Source of the DNA: an uncultured Gemmatimonadales bacterium
GTDB taxonomy: Bacteria; Gemmatimonadota; Gemmatimonadetes; Longimicrobiales; RSA9
NCBI GenBank assembly: GCA_963798085.1
Contig: CAWCRS010000007.1
Coordinates: forward strand, 192,001 to 256,000
Reading direction: 5' to 3'
Length of the DNA stretch: 64,000 nucleotides
This document shows positions 33,028 through 42,884 of the stretch, one piece after another; position 1 is the first letter of the stretch; the number at the start of each line of letters is the position of its first letter. The notes under the pieces were generated by a model that saw only the letters and a program-made list of their open reading frames with translations, had not been told where the DNA came from and did no database searches. The translations under genes were made by a program, and so were the position numbers.

Positions 33028-35239
33028 ATGCGGTTCCTGCTGATCGCGCTGGTATTGCTGGCGCAGAGTGCGCGTCTCGCCGCGCAGCAGACAGACGCGT
33101 ATCTCGACGAGGGCGCGCGCGAGCTGGTGCGACTGGGCCGTCAGCGTCGCAACACCGTGGACCGCTCCATCGAGCGCTACACAGCCCTGGTGCAGGAGCG
33201 CATTTCGGCGGGGCTGCGCATGGTGGGACGCGAGCGCCTCTTCTATCGCCGCGAAACCGCCGCCCGCATCGACTGGCAGCGCAACGGTCCCCGCCGCATT
33301 GAAGTGCTGGGCGCACGCGAGACCATACCAGTTGCGATGAAGAATGTGCAGGTGCCTGAAGACCTGCGCCGCTTCATGCCGCACCTCGCCTTCGATCCGG
33401 TCGAGCCCGACATCTTCGTGCGCATGGACACCACCTTCCTGCGCCATCCACTCGCCGAAGGAAGTGAAACGCACTACCGCTTCCGCTCCGGCGACACCAC
33501 CACGATCCAGCTGCCCGACGGCCGCACCATCCGGCTCTACGAGCTGATCGTCATCCCGCGCACGGATGACATCCACCTGCTCACCGGCTCCTTCTGGATG
33601 GACTCCGACACGCACGCGGTGGTGCGCGCCACCTTCCGTCCGGCCCGCAACTACGATTACGATCGCGACCGGGACGAGGACGACGATGCGCCCGGATTCC
33701 TCAAACCCATCAAGGCGGAGCTGCCCTACATAACAGTCGAATACGGACTGTTCGACTTCCGCTGGTGGCTGCCCCGCGTGATCGCGGCGGAAGGCTCCAT
33801 AACAGTCTCTTTCGTCACCATGCCGCTGCGCTACGAGCGGCGCTATTCCGAGTACACGGTGGTGGGCGACACGGCGCACGTCGCGCTCGCGGCGGACAGC
33901 ACGCGCACCCGGCCCTGCCGGCCGCCCTTCGAGCTGTCCATAAACATCGGGTCGGAGGACACCACTCGCCGGGAACGGGCGCGCGAGGCCCGCGCCACGG
34001 CACGCGCCGCCGCAGCGGCCGGCGACACCACGGCCGCGGACAGCGCGCGCACGGCTCGCCGCGATCGCAGGCGCCGCTGCCTCGAATCCTTCGAGGTCGT
34101 GGTGGCGGACAGCGCGAAACTGCTCAACAGCGAGTACCTGCCGCCCTCGATCTACTCGAACAGATGTAGCGCTGCTGACGGAAACGGATCTGCAGGAGCT
34201 GGGCAAGCAGCTCGATCGCCTGCCACAGACGCCGTGGCAGCTGCGGCCGCCCAGCTTCGCCTGGGGACTCGGCGCCGCCAGCCTGATGCGCTACAATCGC
34301 GTCGAGGCGCTCTCCGTGGGTGTGCACAGCGGCCTGGATCTGGGTCGCCTCACTCTCGACGGCACCGCCCGCCTCGGCATCGCCGACCTCGAACCCAACG
34401 CCGAGTTATCCGTTGCCACTGCCAGCACCGGCAGTGTGCGGCGCATCACCGGGTACCGCCGCCTGGCCGCGGCCAATCCGGACACGCGCCCGTTCGGCTT
34501 CGGCAACTCCTTCAAGTCACTCTTCTTCGGCACGGATGACGGCGAGTACCTGCGCGCCGCGGGCGCCGAGTTCATCGCGAAGCCGCCCGTCTCCGCCGAC
34601 CAGTGGTACGATCTGCGCCTTTACGGCGAGCACCAGACGCACGCCCGCCGCGAAACGGATTTCAGCGTTCCGCACCTGCTCGACTCCGACCAGTTGTTCC
34701 GGCCCAACATTGATGCGGCGAAGGCGGATCAGTTGGGCGCGGCGCTGACGCTGCGCACCACGCATGGGTTCGATCCCGAGGCATTTCGCTGGGGCGGCGA
34801 GCTCTATCTAGCGGGCGAGACGGGCACGTATCGCTTCGCCCGGCCAGGCCTCATGCTGCGCGCCGTTCTGCCCGTCGCAGGTCTGGCGCTCGCCGTGGAA
34901 GGCGGAGCGGGTACCAGCACAGGCGAAGTGCCGGTGCAGGGCGACTGGTACCTCGGCGGACCCGCCACGCTGCGCGGCTATGATGGCGGTGTCCTGCACG
35001 GCACGTCCTGCTGGAGAAGTCGGGTCGAGCTGTCGCGCAACCGACCGGCCGCGCGCCTCACACTGTTCTCCGATGCCGGCTGGGCCGGTTCGCGCGACGA
35101 ATTCGCACTGAGCCACCCGCTGGTCTCGGCAGGCGCCGGCCTCAGCTTCTTCGACAACCTCGTGCGCCTCGATCTGGCGCGCGGGCTGCGCGCCCCGCTT
35201 GGCTGGCGCGCCGATCTCTATCTGAGCGCCAGCTTCTGA
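33028..35239 (+). CDS. Outer-membrane beta-barrel protein with Omp85/BamA-like C-terminus; apparent frameshift near 34162
   Basis: Signal peptide; MRYNRVEALS; WYLGGPATLRGY; FSDAGWAG; C-terminal YLSASF. Confidence 0.75.
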
Positions 35240-35463
35240 GCCCGCCCGCAGCGGCGCATCACGGTGCGATCGTTCCCCCCAGGAAGGGTGTGCTCGTGGG
35301 TTGCGGCGAGCCGCCCGCGTTTGCGCGGCGCCGGCCGCGCTGCTCGCTGCGCGGCCCGTATGCATGCTGCGTGGCCCGTAATGCCGTCGGATTGGCGGGT
35401 ACGCGCACCGAGCTCCGTCAACCAGCGTCGCGGCGGAGCGGCGGTGCGCACGCGATTGAAGAA

Positions 35464-36195
35464 TCAGTCGGGCAGCGCGTGCACCAGCAGCAGCGTGATG
35501 TTGTCCTGTCCGCCACCCGCCTTGGCCAGGGCAACGAGTCGCTGCCCGATGCTGGACAGGTCGTCGCCGTCCTTGAGCTGGGCCTCGAGGTCCCCATCCC
35601 GCACCATACCCGACAGGCCATCCGAGCACAGCAGAAAGAAGTCGCCCGGCTCCACATCCACCGCCACCACATCGGGCAGCACGGAATCCTCCGTGCCCAG
35701 CACGCGCGTGAGGATGCTGGAATACGGATGCGCCCTTGCCTGCGACGGCGTGAGGACACCCGCATCCACGCGGTCCTGCACCCAGGTATGGTCGCGTGTC
35801 AGCTGCTCGAGCCGGCCGCCGCGCATGCGGTACACACGCGAGTCGCCAACGTGCGCGATCGTGGCGCGGCCCGCCGCAGACACCGCGAGCACGCTCATGG
35901 TCGTGCCCATGCCCTTCTTCTCGGGCTCCGCGCGGCCTCGTCGGCGGATTTCGCGATTTGCCACAACGAACGCGCGTACCAGTGGCTGCGCCGGATTCGT
36001 CGAGCGAGGTCTGGCCACGCTCAACTCATGTTGCAGCGCCTCCACGGCAATGCGGCTCGCCACTTCGCCCGCGGCGTGACCGCCCATGCCGTCGGCTACC
36101 GCGAAAACACCGCGTTCGCCGCTCTCCAGCAGCGCATCCTCGTTATTCGGCCGAACCAGACCCGGGTCGGTCAGCGCGATGGATTCCCAGCGCAT
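35464..36195 (-). CDS. PP2C-family Ser/Thr phosphatase
   Basis: RPNNED, VADGMGGH, MGTT, HVGDSR, LCSDGL, GGQDNIT. Confidence 0.93.
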   Translation of the reverse strand: MRWESIALTDPGLVRPNNEDALLESGERGVFAVADGMGGHAAGEVASRIAVEALQHELSVARPRSTNPAQPLVRAFVVANREIRRRGRAEPEKKGMGTTMSVLAVSAAGRATIAHVGDSRVYRMRGGRLEQLTRDHTWVQDRVDAGVLTPSQARAHPYSSILTRVLGTEDSVLPDVVAVDVEPGDFFLLCSDGLSGMVRDGDLEAQLKDGDDLSSIGQRLVALAKAGGGQDNITLLLVHALPD

Positions 36196-36285
36196 GACCG
36201 TCTATCGGTTTCCTGGCAGCGCGTCACGTCCAGCCATTACGTCGTCACCGTTGAGCATTGCACGGGAAACTGCCGATATTGATAC

Positions 36286-36804
36286 ATGCATCCGAAGCGC
36301 ATCCTCGTTTCATTGGCGTCTGCTCTTTCCTGCGGTCCGCTCTCCCTGTTCGTCGCCTGCCAGGCAGCCGGCACGCATCGGGCGCAGGCATCGGCCACGC
36401 AGGTTACGACCGAGATCGGCCCGGGCACCAGCGTTCGTGAGACCCTGGCCTTCCTGCAGGCACAACTCGACTCCGCGCTCAGTACCGGAGTCGATGCTGT
36501 GGTAGCCCGGCACCTGGATCGTGCGGAAGCGATTTCGAATCGGCTGCTTGAATCCCGGCTTCCTTTTGCATGGATAAGCGCGGAACAGTACAGCCTCGAG
36601 GCCAGGTTGCGTCAGATCCAGGCGAGAGCGGACCGCGCCGAGGCCTTGCTGCGCGATGGCGCCCCGCGGGAGGCGATCGCCGCAGAGGTGCGCGGTCTGC
36701 TCGATGCCGTGGCTCAGGTGAAGAGCGAGCTGGACGCCGGAGGGGGTACCGCCCCGCCTCCAGTAGGCCATCTCCTGACGGTTCTGGATAGCGCCAGGCA
36801 TTAG
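36286..36804 (+). CDS. Hypothetical helical protein, probable lipoprotein
   Basis: Hydrophobic leader ending FVAC. Confidence 0.55.
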   Translation: MHPKRILVSLASALSCGPLSLFVACQAAGTHRAQASATQVTTEIGPGTSVRETLAFLQAQLDSALSTGVDAVVARHLDRAEAISNRLLESRLPFAWISAEQYSLEARLRQIQARADRAEALLRDGAPREAIAAEVRGLLDAVAQVKSELDAGGGTAPPPVGHLLTVLDSARH

Positions 36805-36830
36805 CCTGGAAGCCGACAGAAATTGCTGAG

Positions 36831-36990
36831 GGAACCCCTTCTGGTCGGCTGGGGTTCGGGGTGGCAAGTGAGTTGCGTCGACACTCTCCAGCGGCCTCGA
36901 AAGCGGCGGAACACCCCCTGATGGGTGGGGTTACACTTGCCGCGCCGGAGGGCACGCCCGCTTGATATCGGCCGGAATGGTCGCGGTTTC
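36831..36990. ncRNA. Candidate structured RNA (family and strand unassigned)
   Basis: Nested pairings: GGAACC/GGTTTC, TTCTGGTCGG/TCGGCCGGAA, GGCAAGTG/CACTTGCC. Confidence 0.4.
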
Positions 36991-37047
36991 GACGGTGAAA
37001 ACGAGGTGCCGTGGCTCTTCGGCCACGGTCGTACATAGAGGGATCCC

Positions 37048-37947
37048 ATGATCGCAATCGCTGATGCGCGCAAGCGACGCCGCCGCGGCGGGCGACTCGA
37101 CAGTCTGCTCGAGGCGCCTGAGGAGCGGAGTGCGCTCGATCAGTACCTGCGCGACGTCAGCCGCCACGAGCTGCTGACGCCCGCCGAAGAGATCGAGCTG
37201 GGTCGTCGTGCGCGCACGGGAGACGAAGACGCCATTCAGCGCCTGGTTCGTGCGAACCTGCGTTTCGTCATCAGTGTGGCCAAGAAGTACCAGAATCGCG
37301 GTGTCTCGCTCATCGACCTGATCCAGGAAGGCAACGTCGGTCTGGTCACGGCCGCGCGGAAGTTCGATGTCGATCAGGGCGTGAAGTTCATTTCGTACGC
37401 CGTGTGGTGGATCCGCCAGGCGATTCTCGCGGCACTGGCCAATCAGGGTCGTGCGGTGCGCGTGCCTCTGAACCGTGCCAGTGACCTGGCCCGCATTTTC
37501 CGCGAGCGCGAGCGCCTCAAGCAGGAGCTGGGTCGTGATCCGACGATCCCCGAGGTCGCGCAGGCTGCGGCGCTGACGCCGGAAGTCGTGACGTCGCTGC
37601 AGACGCTGAATGCCGCGGAGATCCGCCTCGATGCGCCCATCGGCGACAGCGAGGACAGCCAGCTCGTCGAGCGTTTCATGTTCGAGGAAGCCGAGCGGCC
37701 CGAAGAGGAAGTCGAAGAGCGTCTGCTCACCGAGCACATCGAGCGCGCCCTCGATACACTGACGCCGCGTGATGCGCGCGTGGTGCGCCTCTACTTCGGT
37801 CTCGACGGCGGCCGTGAACACACGCTCGAGGAGATCGGCAACATGCTCGGCGTGACGCGTGAGCGTGTGCGCCAGCTGCGTGATCGTGCACTCAAGCGGC
37901 TGCGTGAAGGCGAGCTGGGCACTGCGCTGGAAAGCTTCGCAGCCTGA
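37048..37947 (+). CDS. Sigma70-family factor (RpoD/RpoS-like, no region 1.1)
   Basis: LDQYLRD, ANLRFVISVAKKY, DLIQEGNVGL, KFISYAVWWIRQ, TLEEIG...VTRERVRQ. Confidence 0.93.
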   Translation: MIAIADARKRRRRGGRLDSLLEAPEERSALDQYLRDVSRHELLTPAEEIELGRRARTGDEDAIQRLVRANLRFVISVAKKYQNRGVSLIDLIQEGNVGLVTAARKFDVDQGVKFISYAVWWIRQAILAALANQGRAVRVPLNRASDLARIFRERERLKQELGRDPTIPEVAQAAALTPEVVTSLQTLNAAEIRLDAPIGDSEDSQLVERFMFEEAERPEEEVEERLLTEHIERALDTLTPRDARVVRLYFGLDGGREHTLEEIGNMLGVTRERVRQLRDRALKRLREGELGTALESFAA

Positions 37948-37972
37948 AGCTTTGCACGGTGTGTCAGGAAGA

Positions 37973-38010
37973 GAAGGCCCGCATTGAATGGTGCGGGCCT
38001 TCAGCTTTTT
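37973..38010 (+). terminator. Rho-independent terminator
   Basis: 11-bp stem GAAGGCCCGCA/TGCGGGCCTTC followed by AGCTTTTT. Confidence 0.75.
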
Positions 38011-38013
38011 CGC

Positions 38014-38889
38014 TCAGCGATTGCTGCCGGGCCGGCGTTTGGCCGGTTCCGTCAGCGGCACGATCTGCGGTGCGCCCGCGTCCCCGCCCGTGCCCGGGTG
38101 CGGCACCACCATGACCGGCCAGCCGTACACGCGCTCGATGGTCTCGCGCGTGAGCACGTCACGAGCACAGCCTTCGGCGACGACGTGGCCGCGGTCCAGC
38201 AGCACGAGCCCGCTGGCATAACGCGCTGCAAGGTTCAGGTTGTGCGTGACCACGAGCACGGTCGCGCCATCCTTGCGGCTCAGTTCCGCGAGCAGCTCGA
38301 AGATCGCCATCTCGTGCGCAATGTCGAGCTGTGCGGTGGGTTCATCCAGCACGAACGTCGCCGGTTCCTGCGCCAGTGCGCGCGCGATCCGGGCCTGCTG
38401 CCGCTCGCCGCCCGAGAGGCGGTCCATGGGTCGCGCCGCGAGATCGCTCACCGCGCAGCGCTCCATGGCCATCCCGACGGCCAGCTCATCCGCGCGGCTG
38501 GAGCGACGCCACGGGCCCAGATGCGGGTAGCGGCCCATGGCCACCAGCTCGCGCACCGTTATGGGGAAGGGGATCTCCTCGGATTGCGTGACCACGCCGA
38601 TGCGCTGCGCCAGCTCGCGCCGCCGCCAGTCCGCAATGGCGCGACCCTCGTAGTGCACCGTGCCCGACTCCAGCGGCAGCACGCCCAGCAGCAGCCGCAG
38701 CAGCGTCGACTTGCCCGAGCCGTTGGGCCCGATGATCGCCACCAGCGAACCCTTGTCCACGCGCAGTGTGGCATCGTGCACGGTGGGCCGCTGCGCGCCC
38801 GGGTACACAAACTCGACGTTAGACGCCTGGAATGCGGCCGGGCCGGACGCGGGCTCCACGGTGGCGGCTGACGCGGGAATGTCGCTCAC
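38014..38889 (-). CDS. Cobalamin/iron-chelate ABC transporter ATPase (BtuD/FepC-like)
   Basis: GPNGSGKS, LSGGE, LDEPT, VTHNLN. Confidence 0.9.
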   Translation of the reverse strand: MSDIPASAATVEPASGPAAFQASNVEFVYPGAQRPTVHDATLRVDKGSLVAIIGPNGSGKSTLLRLLLGVLPLESGTVHYEGRAIADWRRRELAQRIGVVTQSEEIPFPITVRELVAMGRYPHLGPWRRSSRADELAVGMAMERCAVSDLAARPMDRLSGGERQQARIARALAQEPATFVLDEPTAQLDIAHEMAIFELLAELSRKDGATVLVVTHNLNLAARYASGLVLLDRGHVVAEGCARDVLTRETIERVYGWPVMVVPHPGTGGDAGAPQIVPLTEPAKRRPGSNR

Positions 38890-39917
38890 CGCAGACTCCG
38901 CGACAGGATCACGACGAACAGGGGCACGCCCACCAGCGCCGTGATCACACCCACCGGCAGCTCCGCGGGCGCCGCCATGGTGCGCGCCGCCGTGTCCGCC
39001 AGCAGCAGGAAGGCGCCTCCCGCGAGGAAACAGCCGGGCAGCAGAAAGCGGTGATCGCCGCCCCAGAGCAGGCGCAGTGCGTGCGGCACGATCAGTCCGA
39101 TGAAGCCCACTACGCCGCAGGCCGCAACCGAGGCGGCCACGACGAGTGATGCCAGCACGTAGGCGATCACTTTCACGCGCTCGACACGGATGCCGAGGTA
39201 GAGCGCGGTCTCATCGCCCAGCGCCAGCAGGTTGAAGGCGCGCGCCAGCGCCACCAGCAGCGCCACCATGGGCAGGATGTAGATCGCCACAATGAGCACG
39301 AGCGGCCAGCTCGCGGGTGCCAGACTGCCCATCATCCAGAACACAGCGGAGCGGAAGCTCTCGATGTTCGTGAACGTGAGCAGCAGCAGAATCACGGCAT
39401 TGAAGAACGCGCCCATCACGACACCGGCGAGCAGCAGCACGCGCGAATCGAAGCCGCGGCCCACACGCAGCGCCACCCAGAATACCAGGCCGATGGCGCC
39501 CATGGCGCCGGCGAAGGCGGCCAGCGGAAGGCCCCACGCCGCCGATGCCAGGCCCAGCACGATGCCGGCCACCGCACCCACGGCGGCGCCGCCGGAAACA
39601 CCCAGCACGTACGGCTCCGCCAGCGGATTGCGCAGCAGCGCCTGGAACGCGGCGCCGCTGGTGGCCAGCCCGCCGCCCACGAGAATCGCGAAGAGCGTGC
39701 GTGGCAGACGCAGGTCGAGGACGATCGTGCGCGTCGTCGCATCACCGCCGCCCGTGAGCGCATCGATCAGCGCGGACGAGGGGATCTGCGCCGGTCCCGT
39801 GCTCAGGCTGAGCAACGCCGTGAAGATCAGCCCGCCCGCGAGAATCGCGAGTCGCCAGGCGGTGGAGTCGCCGATCGCGGGAACCGGCCGGTCTTCCGGC
39901 GACGCCAGTGTTCTCAC
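38886..39917 (-). CDS. Cobalamin/iron-chelate ABC permease (BtuC/FecCD-like)
   Basis: LRLPR, RNPLAEPYVLGVSGGA, GFIGLIVPH, ELPVGVIT. Confidence 0.92.
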   Translation of the reverse strand: MRTLASPEDRPVPAIGDSTAWRLAILAGGLIFTALLSLSTGPAQIPSSALIDALTGGGDATTRTIVLDLRLPRTLFAILVGGGLATSGAAFQALLRNPLAEPYVLGVSGGAAVGAVAGIVLGLASAAWGLPLAAFAGAMGAIGLVFWVALRVGRGFDSRVLLLAGVVMGAFFNAVILLLLTFTNIESFRSAVFWMMGSLAPASWPLVLIVAIYILPMVALLVALARAFNLLALGDETALYLGIRVERVKVIAYVLASLVVAASVAACGVVGFIGLIVPHALRLLWGGDHRFLLPGCFLAGGAFLLLADTAARTMAAPAELPVGVITALVGVPLFVVILSRSLR

Positions 39918-40864
39918 GGTCGTGCGCTCTCCGGATGGATCGCGACCACCAGCGAGTGGATGGCGCTGATCAGCAGCGGGCCCGGCCGGTTGAAGCGCGT
40001 GGCGTCGACCACGAACACGCGTCCTGCACGCACCGCATCGAGTGTGCGCCAGCCGGGAGACGCGCTCAGCCTGCTGCGCACCTGTTCCGCCGACTGCGCC
40101 TCCACCGCGGCCACAATCACGTGCGGCTGCTTCGCCAGCACATCCTCGACGCTCAGCTCGGGCCAGCGTGTGGGCGAAGCCCGCACCACGTTGGCGCCGC
40201 CCGCGACGTCGATCAGCTCGTTCACGAACGTGCCCGATCCTGCCGCCATGGGTGGATCGAGGCCAATCAGGTAGAGCACGCTGACGCGCGGCAGATTCGC
40301 GACCTGTGCGCGCGCGGCTGCCATCGCCGAGTCCAGTGCGCCGACCAGGTGCATCGCCGCACTGTCCAGACCCAGCAGCGCACCAATGTCGTGCATGTTC
40401 TTGCGCGCGTCGGCCAGCGATTCGGTGTGTGACGCGTAGACCGGAACGCCCAGCTCGATGAGCCGGCCCACAATGGTGCGCGTCTGGCGGTCGGGCCACG
40501 CGATCACCAGGTCCGGCCGCTGCTGCGCGATCCACTCCACACTCGGCGTCAGGGCATTGTCCACCGCGGGCACGGCCGCGAGCCGCGGATCCTGGTCGTA
40601 GTCGGTGCGCGCGACCACCCGGTCCGACGCACCCAGCGCGAGCAGGACATCCGTGCTGGCCGGCACCAGGGAAACCACGCGCTGAGCCGGAGTGTCAAGA
40701 CGAATCGTGCGCCCATCGCCATCCACGATCGTGATGGCGGAAGCGCGTGCGGCCGACTCCGCGCGGCAGGCGGCCAGCGGCGCCAGCAGTGCGAGGCAGC
40801 ATGCGAACAGCGCGGTTCGCCGATGCAGTAAGAATGCGGCCGGGGAATGCGGAAGGGCGGGCAC
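39914..40864 (-). CDS. Helical-backbone substrate-binding lipoprotein (BtuF-like)
   Basis: LAAC lipobox; QRVVSLVPASTD; AGGANV; RPGP. Confidence 0.88.
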   Translation of the reverse strand: MPALPHSPAAFLLHRRTALFACCLALLAPLAACRAESAARASAITIVDGDGRTIRLDTPAQRVVSLVPASTDVLLALGASDRVVARTDYDQDPRLAAVPAVDNALTPSVEWIAQQRPDLVIAWPDRQTRTIVGRLIELGVPVYASHTESLADARKNMHDIGALLGLDSAAMHLVGALDSAMAAARAQVANLPRVSVLYLIGLDPPMAAGSGTFVNELIDVAGGANVVRASPTRWPELSVEDVLAKQPHVIVAAVEAQSAEQVRSRLSASPGWRTLDAVRAGRVFVVDATRFNRPGPLLISAIHSLVVAIHPESARP

Positions 40865-40979
40865 GTCAGCAGCCGTCAAGAAGAAAACCGTCGCCGAGAA
40901 GGACGGAGAGCATACCCGCACGCGACGATTTCGCTTCCCGATGACTGGCCAGTGTTCCCTCCTGACGAACGCGGCGGCT

Positions 40980-41008
40980 AGCGTAGCCGGCACCATCGAG
41001 CCACGCAA
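40980..41008 (-). promoter_or_regulatory. Putative sigma70 promoter of the btuFCD-like operon
   Basis: TTGCGT-17 nt-TACGCT on the minus strand. Confidence 0.45.
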
Positions 41009-41220
41009 GCACAATGGATGCACGCCAGTCCCGCGGTGGCGGACGCATCCGGCCGCCACGCGTGCCATGCCCGCCTCTGCGTGCCGCGTGCTCTGCACGA
41101 ATTTGATGACGCACGGGTTATCGGTCGCCAGCCCTCGATGGCGTATCTCTCAGGATCGGAACACAGGGCGGCGGGAATGAGCGGCGCGCCTTGCCTGATC
41201 ACGCGCCGCCCGTCTGCGGC

Positions 41221-42267
41221 TCAGCTCGTGGTGTCCTTGCGGGCCGGGATGGAATCGTGGCGAAGCGAATCCGCTGCTGCATTGCGGGTGCAGCGCTCTT
41301 CCAGCAGCATGCGCCACGTTCCGTTGGCGCCGCGGCCGACCGCTGCATACCCGTCGTCTCCCGTTCCGTAGAGCTTCAGCAGCAGCTCCGGCATGTCGTC
41401 GCGCGTCCAGTCCAGATAATCCAGCACGGCGGGCGCTTCCTTGCCGCCCGTCTCGTAGTCGCGGAAACGCACGAATACCGTGTCATACCCAAGACGGGCC
41501 GGTACCGCGACGAAGAACAGCGACTGGCCTATGTCATCGAGTCCCGGACCCAGTGTGTCCCCTACCAGGTAGGTGGCCGCGAACGCCGGGTCCTGCGAGC
41601 CCGGAATGGGGAACGGCTTCAGCTGCGCCTGTGCTCGCTCCCAGTTGCCCGGCAACGGCGCATTACGCGTACGCAGCATGTGGTCCGCCAGAATGGGCGC
41701 GAGCACGCGCATGGTGCGCGTTGGCGTGAGCGTCTCGTTGGTGCGGCGCTGGATCTGCGGTGCCTGCACGCGCGCCAGTGCCAGAAAATCGTGCACGCCT
41801 GCAGCCCCCGAACCCAGCTCGAGCGTCCCCGTGGCGACAGGCACCGGCCGGCACGCGCCTTCGTCCGCACTCGCCGACTGCGTCACGAACGTGCCGGCGC
41901 GAACGCCATCGTGGAACAGCACGAACTCCGAACCCTGGCGCAGATGTCGCGACATGAACGACTCGTTCCACGCGTGTACGTCGCCGGCCGGCACCACCGG
42001 GAGCAGCGAGTCGGCGGCAATTTCAGCGACCGGTATCAGACGCGCCGAGCCATCGCCCGCTGCCGTCACGTGGTAGAGCACAGGGCCGTCCGGCAGTCGC
42101 CCCGCACCCGGCTCCACGCCCGGCCTGGGTTGCCCGCTGGCCTTCGGCGGCGGCTTCACGATGGTGACTTCCGCACCACCCCAATTCACGTTGTCGCACG
42201 CCGCCAGAACGGTTAGTATCAGGCAGCAGGCCACCAGGGCAACCTTGATGACGGCCTCCTCTTCCAT
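41221..42267 (-). CDS. Hypothetical lipoprotein
   Basis: LAAC lipobox; long ORF; no family recognised. Confidence 0.7.
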   Translation of the reverse strand: MEEEAVIKVALVACCLILTVLAACDNVNWGGAEVTIVKPPPKASGQPRPGVEPGAGRLPDGPVLYHVTAAGDGSARLIPVAEIAADSLLPVVPAGDVHAWNESFMSRHLRQGSEFVLFHDGVRAGTFVTQSASADEGACRPVPVATGTLELGSGAAGVHDFLALARVQAPQIQRRTNETLTPTRTMRVLAPILADHMLRTRNAPLPGNWERAQAQLKPFPIPGSQDPAFAATYLVGDTLGPGLDDIGQSLFFVAVPARLGYDTVFVRFRDYETGGKEAPAVLDYLDWTRDDMPELLLKLYGTGDDGYAAVGRGANGTWRMLLEERCTRNAAADSLRHDSIPARKDTTS

Positions 42268-42396
42268 TCGTTGAAGGCGATTCTCTCGAAGTTAAAGTCT
42301 TCAGTCGCCGGGAAGCAACCGACCACGCCACGGCGCCCGCGGCCCGCACGCGAAAACAATGCGCAGTTTCCGCGCGCTCCGGGCGAATTCGAGCGC

Positions 42397-42876
42397 ATGG
42401 CATTCGACTCTTCCGAATTTCGCAGAGTGCTCGGGCACTGGGTCACCGGGGTCGCGATCGTTGCATCGCGCGACGCCGGGGGCGAGCCGTGCGGTCTCAC
42501 CGCCAACGCGGTTTCTTCGCTGTCCCTCGATCCGTCGCTCGTGCTCGTTTGCATCGACCGCAGCGCCAACTCGCACGATTGCATTCGCGACGCCGGTGTG
42601 TTCACCGTCAACATGCTTGCCTCCGGCGATGAGCGTCTGGCGAGGCGCTTTTCGGCGAACGACTGGGAACACAAGTTCGATGGTGTAGGCTGGCACACCG
42701 CAACCACCGGCGCACCCGTGCTCGACGACGCCCTGGCCTGGATCGACTGCCGCATCACCAGCCGCCATGATGGGGGTGATCACAGCATCTTCATCGGCGA
42801 GGTGCTGGCGGCAGATGCGCGCGAAGGTGAGCCGCTCCTCTTCTACCGTGGCGGCTACGGCCGCTTCCGTTCCTGA
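42397..42876 (+). CDS. Flavin reductase (HpaC/RutF family)
   Basis: FRRVLGHWVTGV, SLSLDP, GDHSIFIGEV, PLLFYRGGY. Confidence 0.92.
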   Translation: MAFDSSEFRRVLGHWVTGVAIVASRDAGGEPCGLTANAVSSLSLDPSLVLVCIDRSANSHDCIRDAGVFTVNMLASGDERLARRFSANDWEHKFDGVGWHTATTGAPVLDDALAWIDCRITSRHDGGDHSIFIGEVLAADAREGEPLLFYRGGYGRFRS

Positions 42877-42884
42877 GCGCAGCC

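Noticed and set aside
40900..40980. Canonical cobalamin or ZTP riboswitch
   Set aside because: Only isolated words match; required helices and pseudoknot segments are absent. Kept only as a candidate leader.
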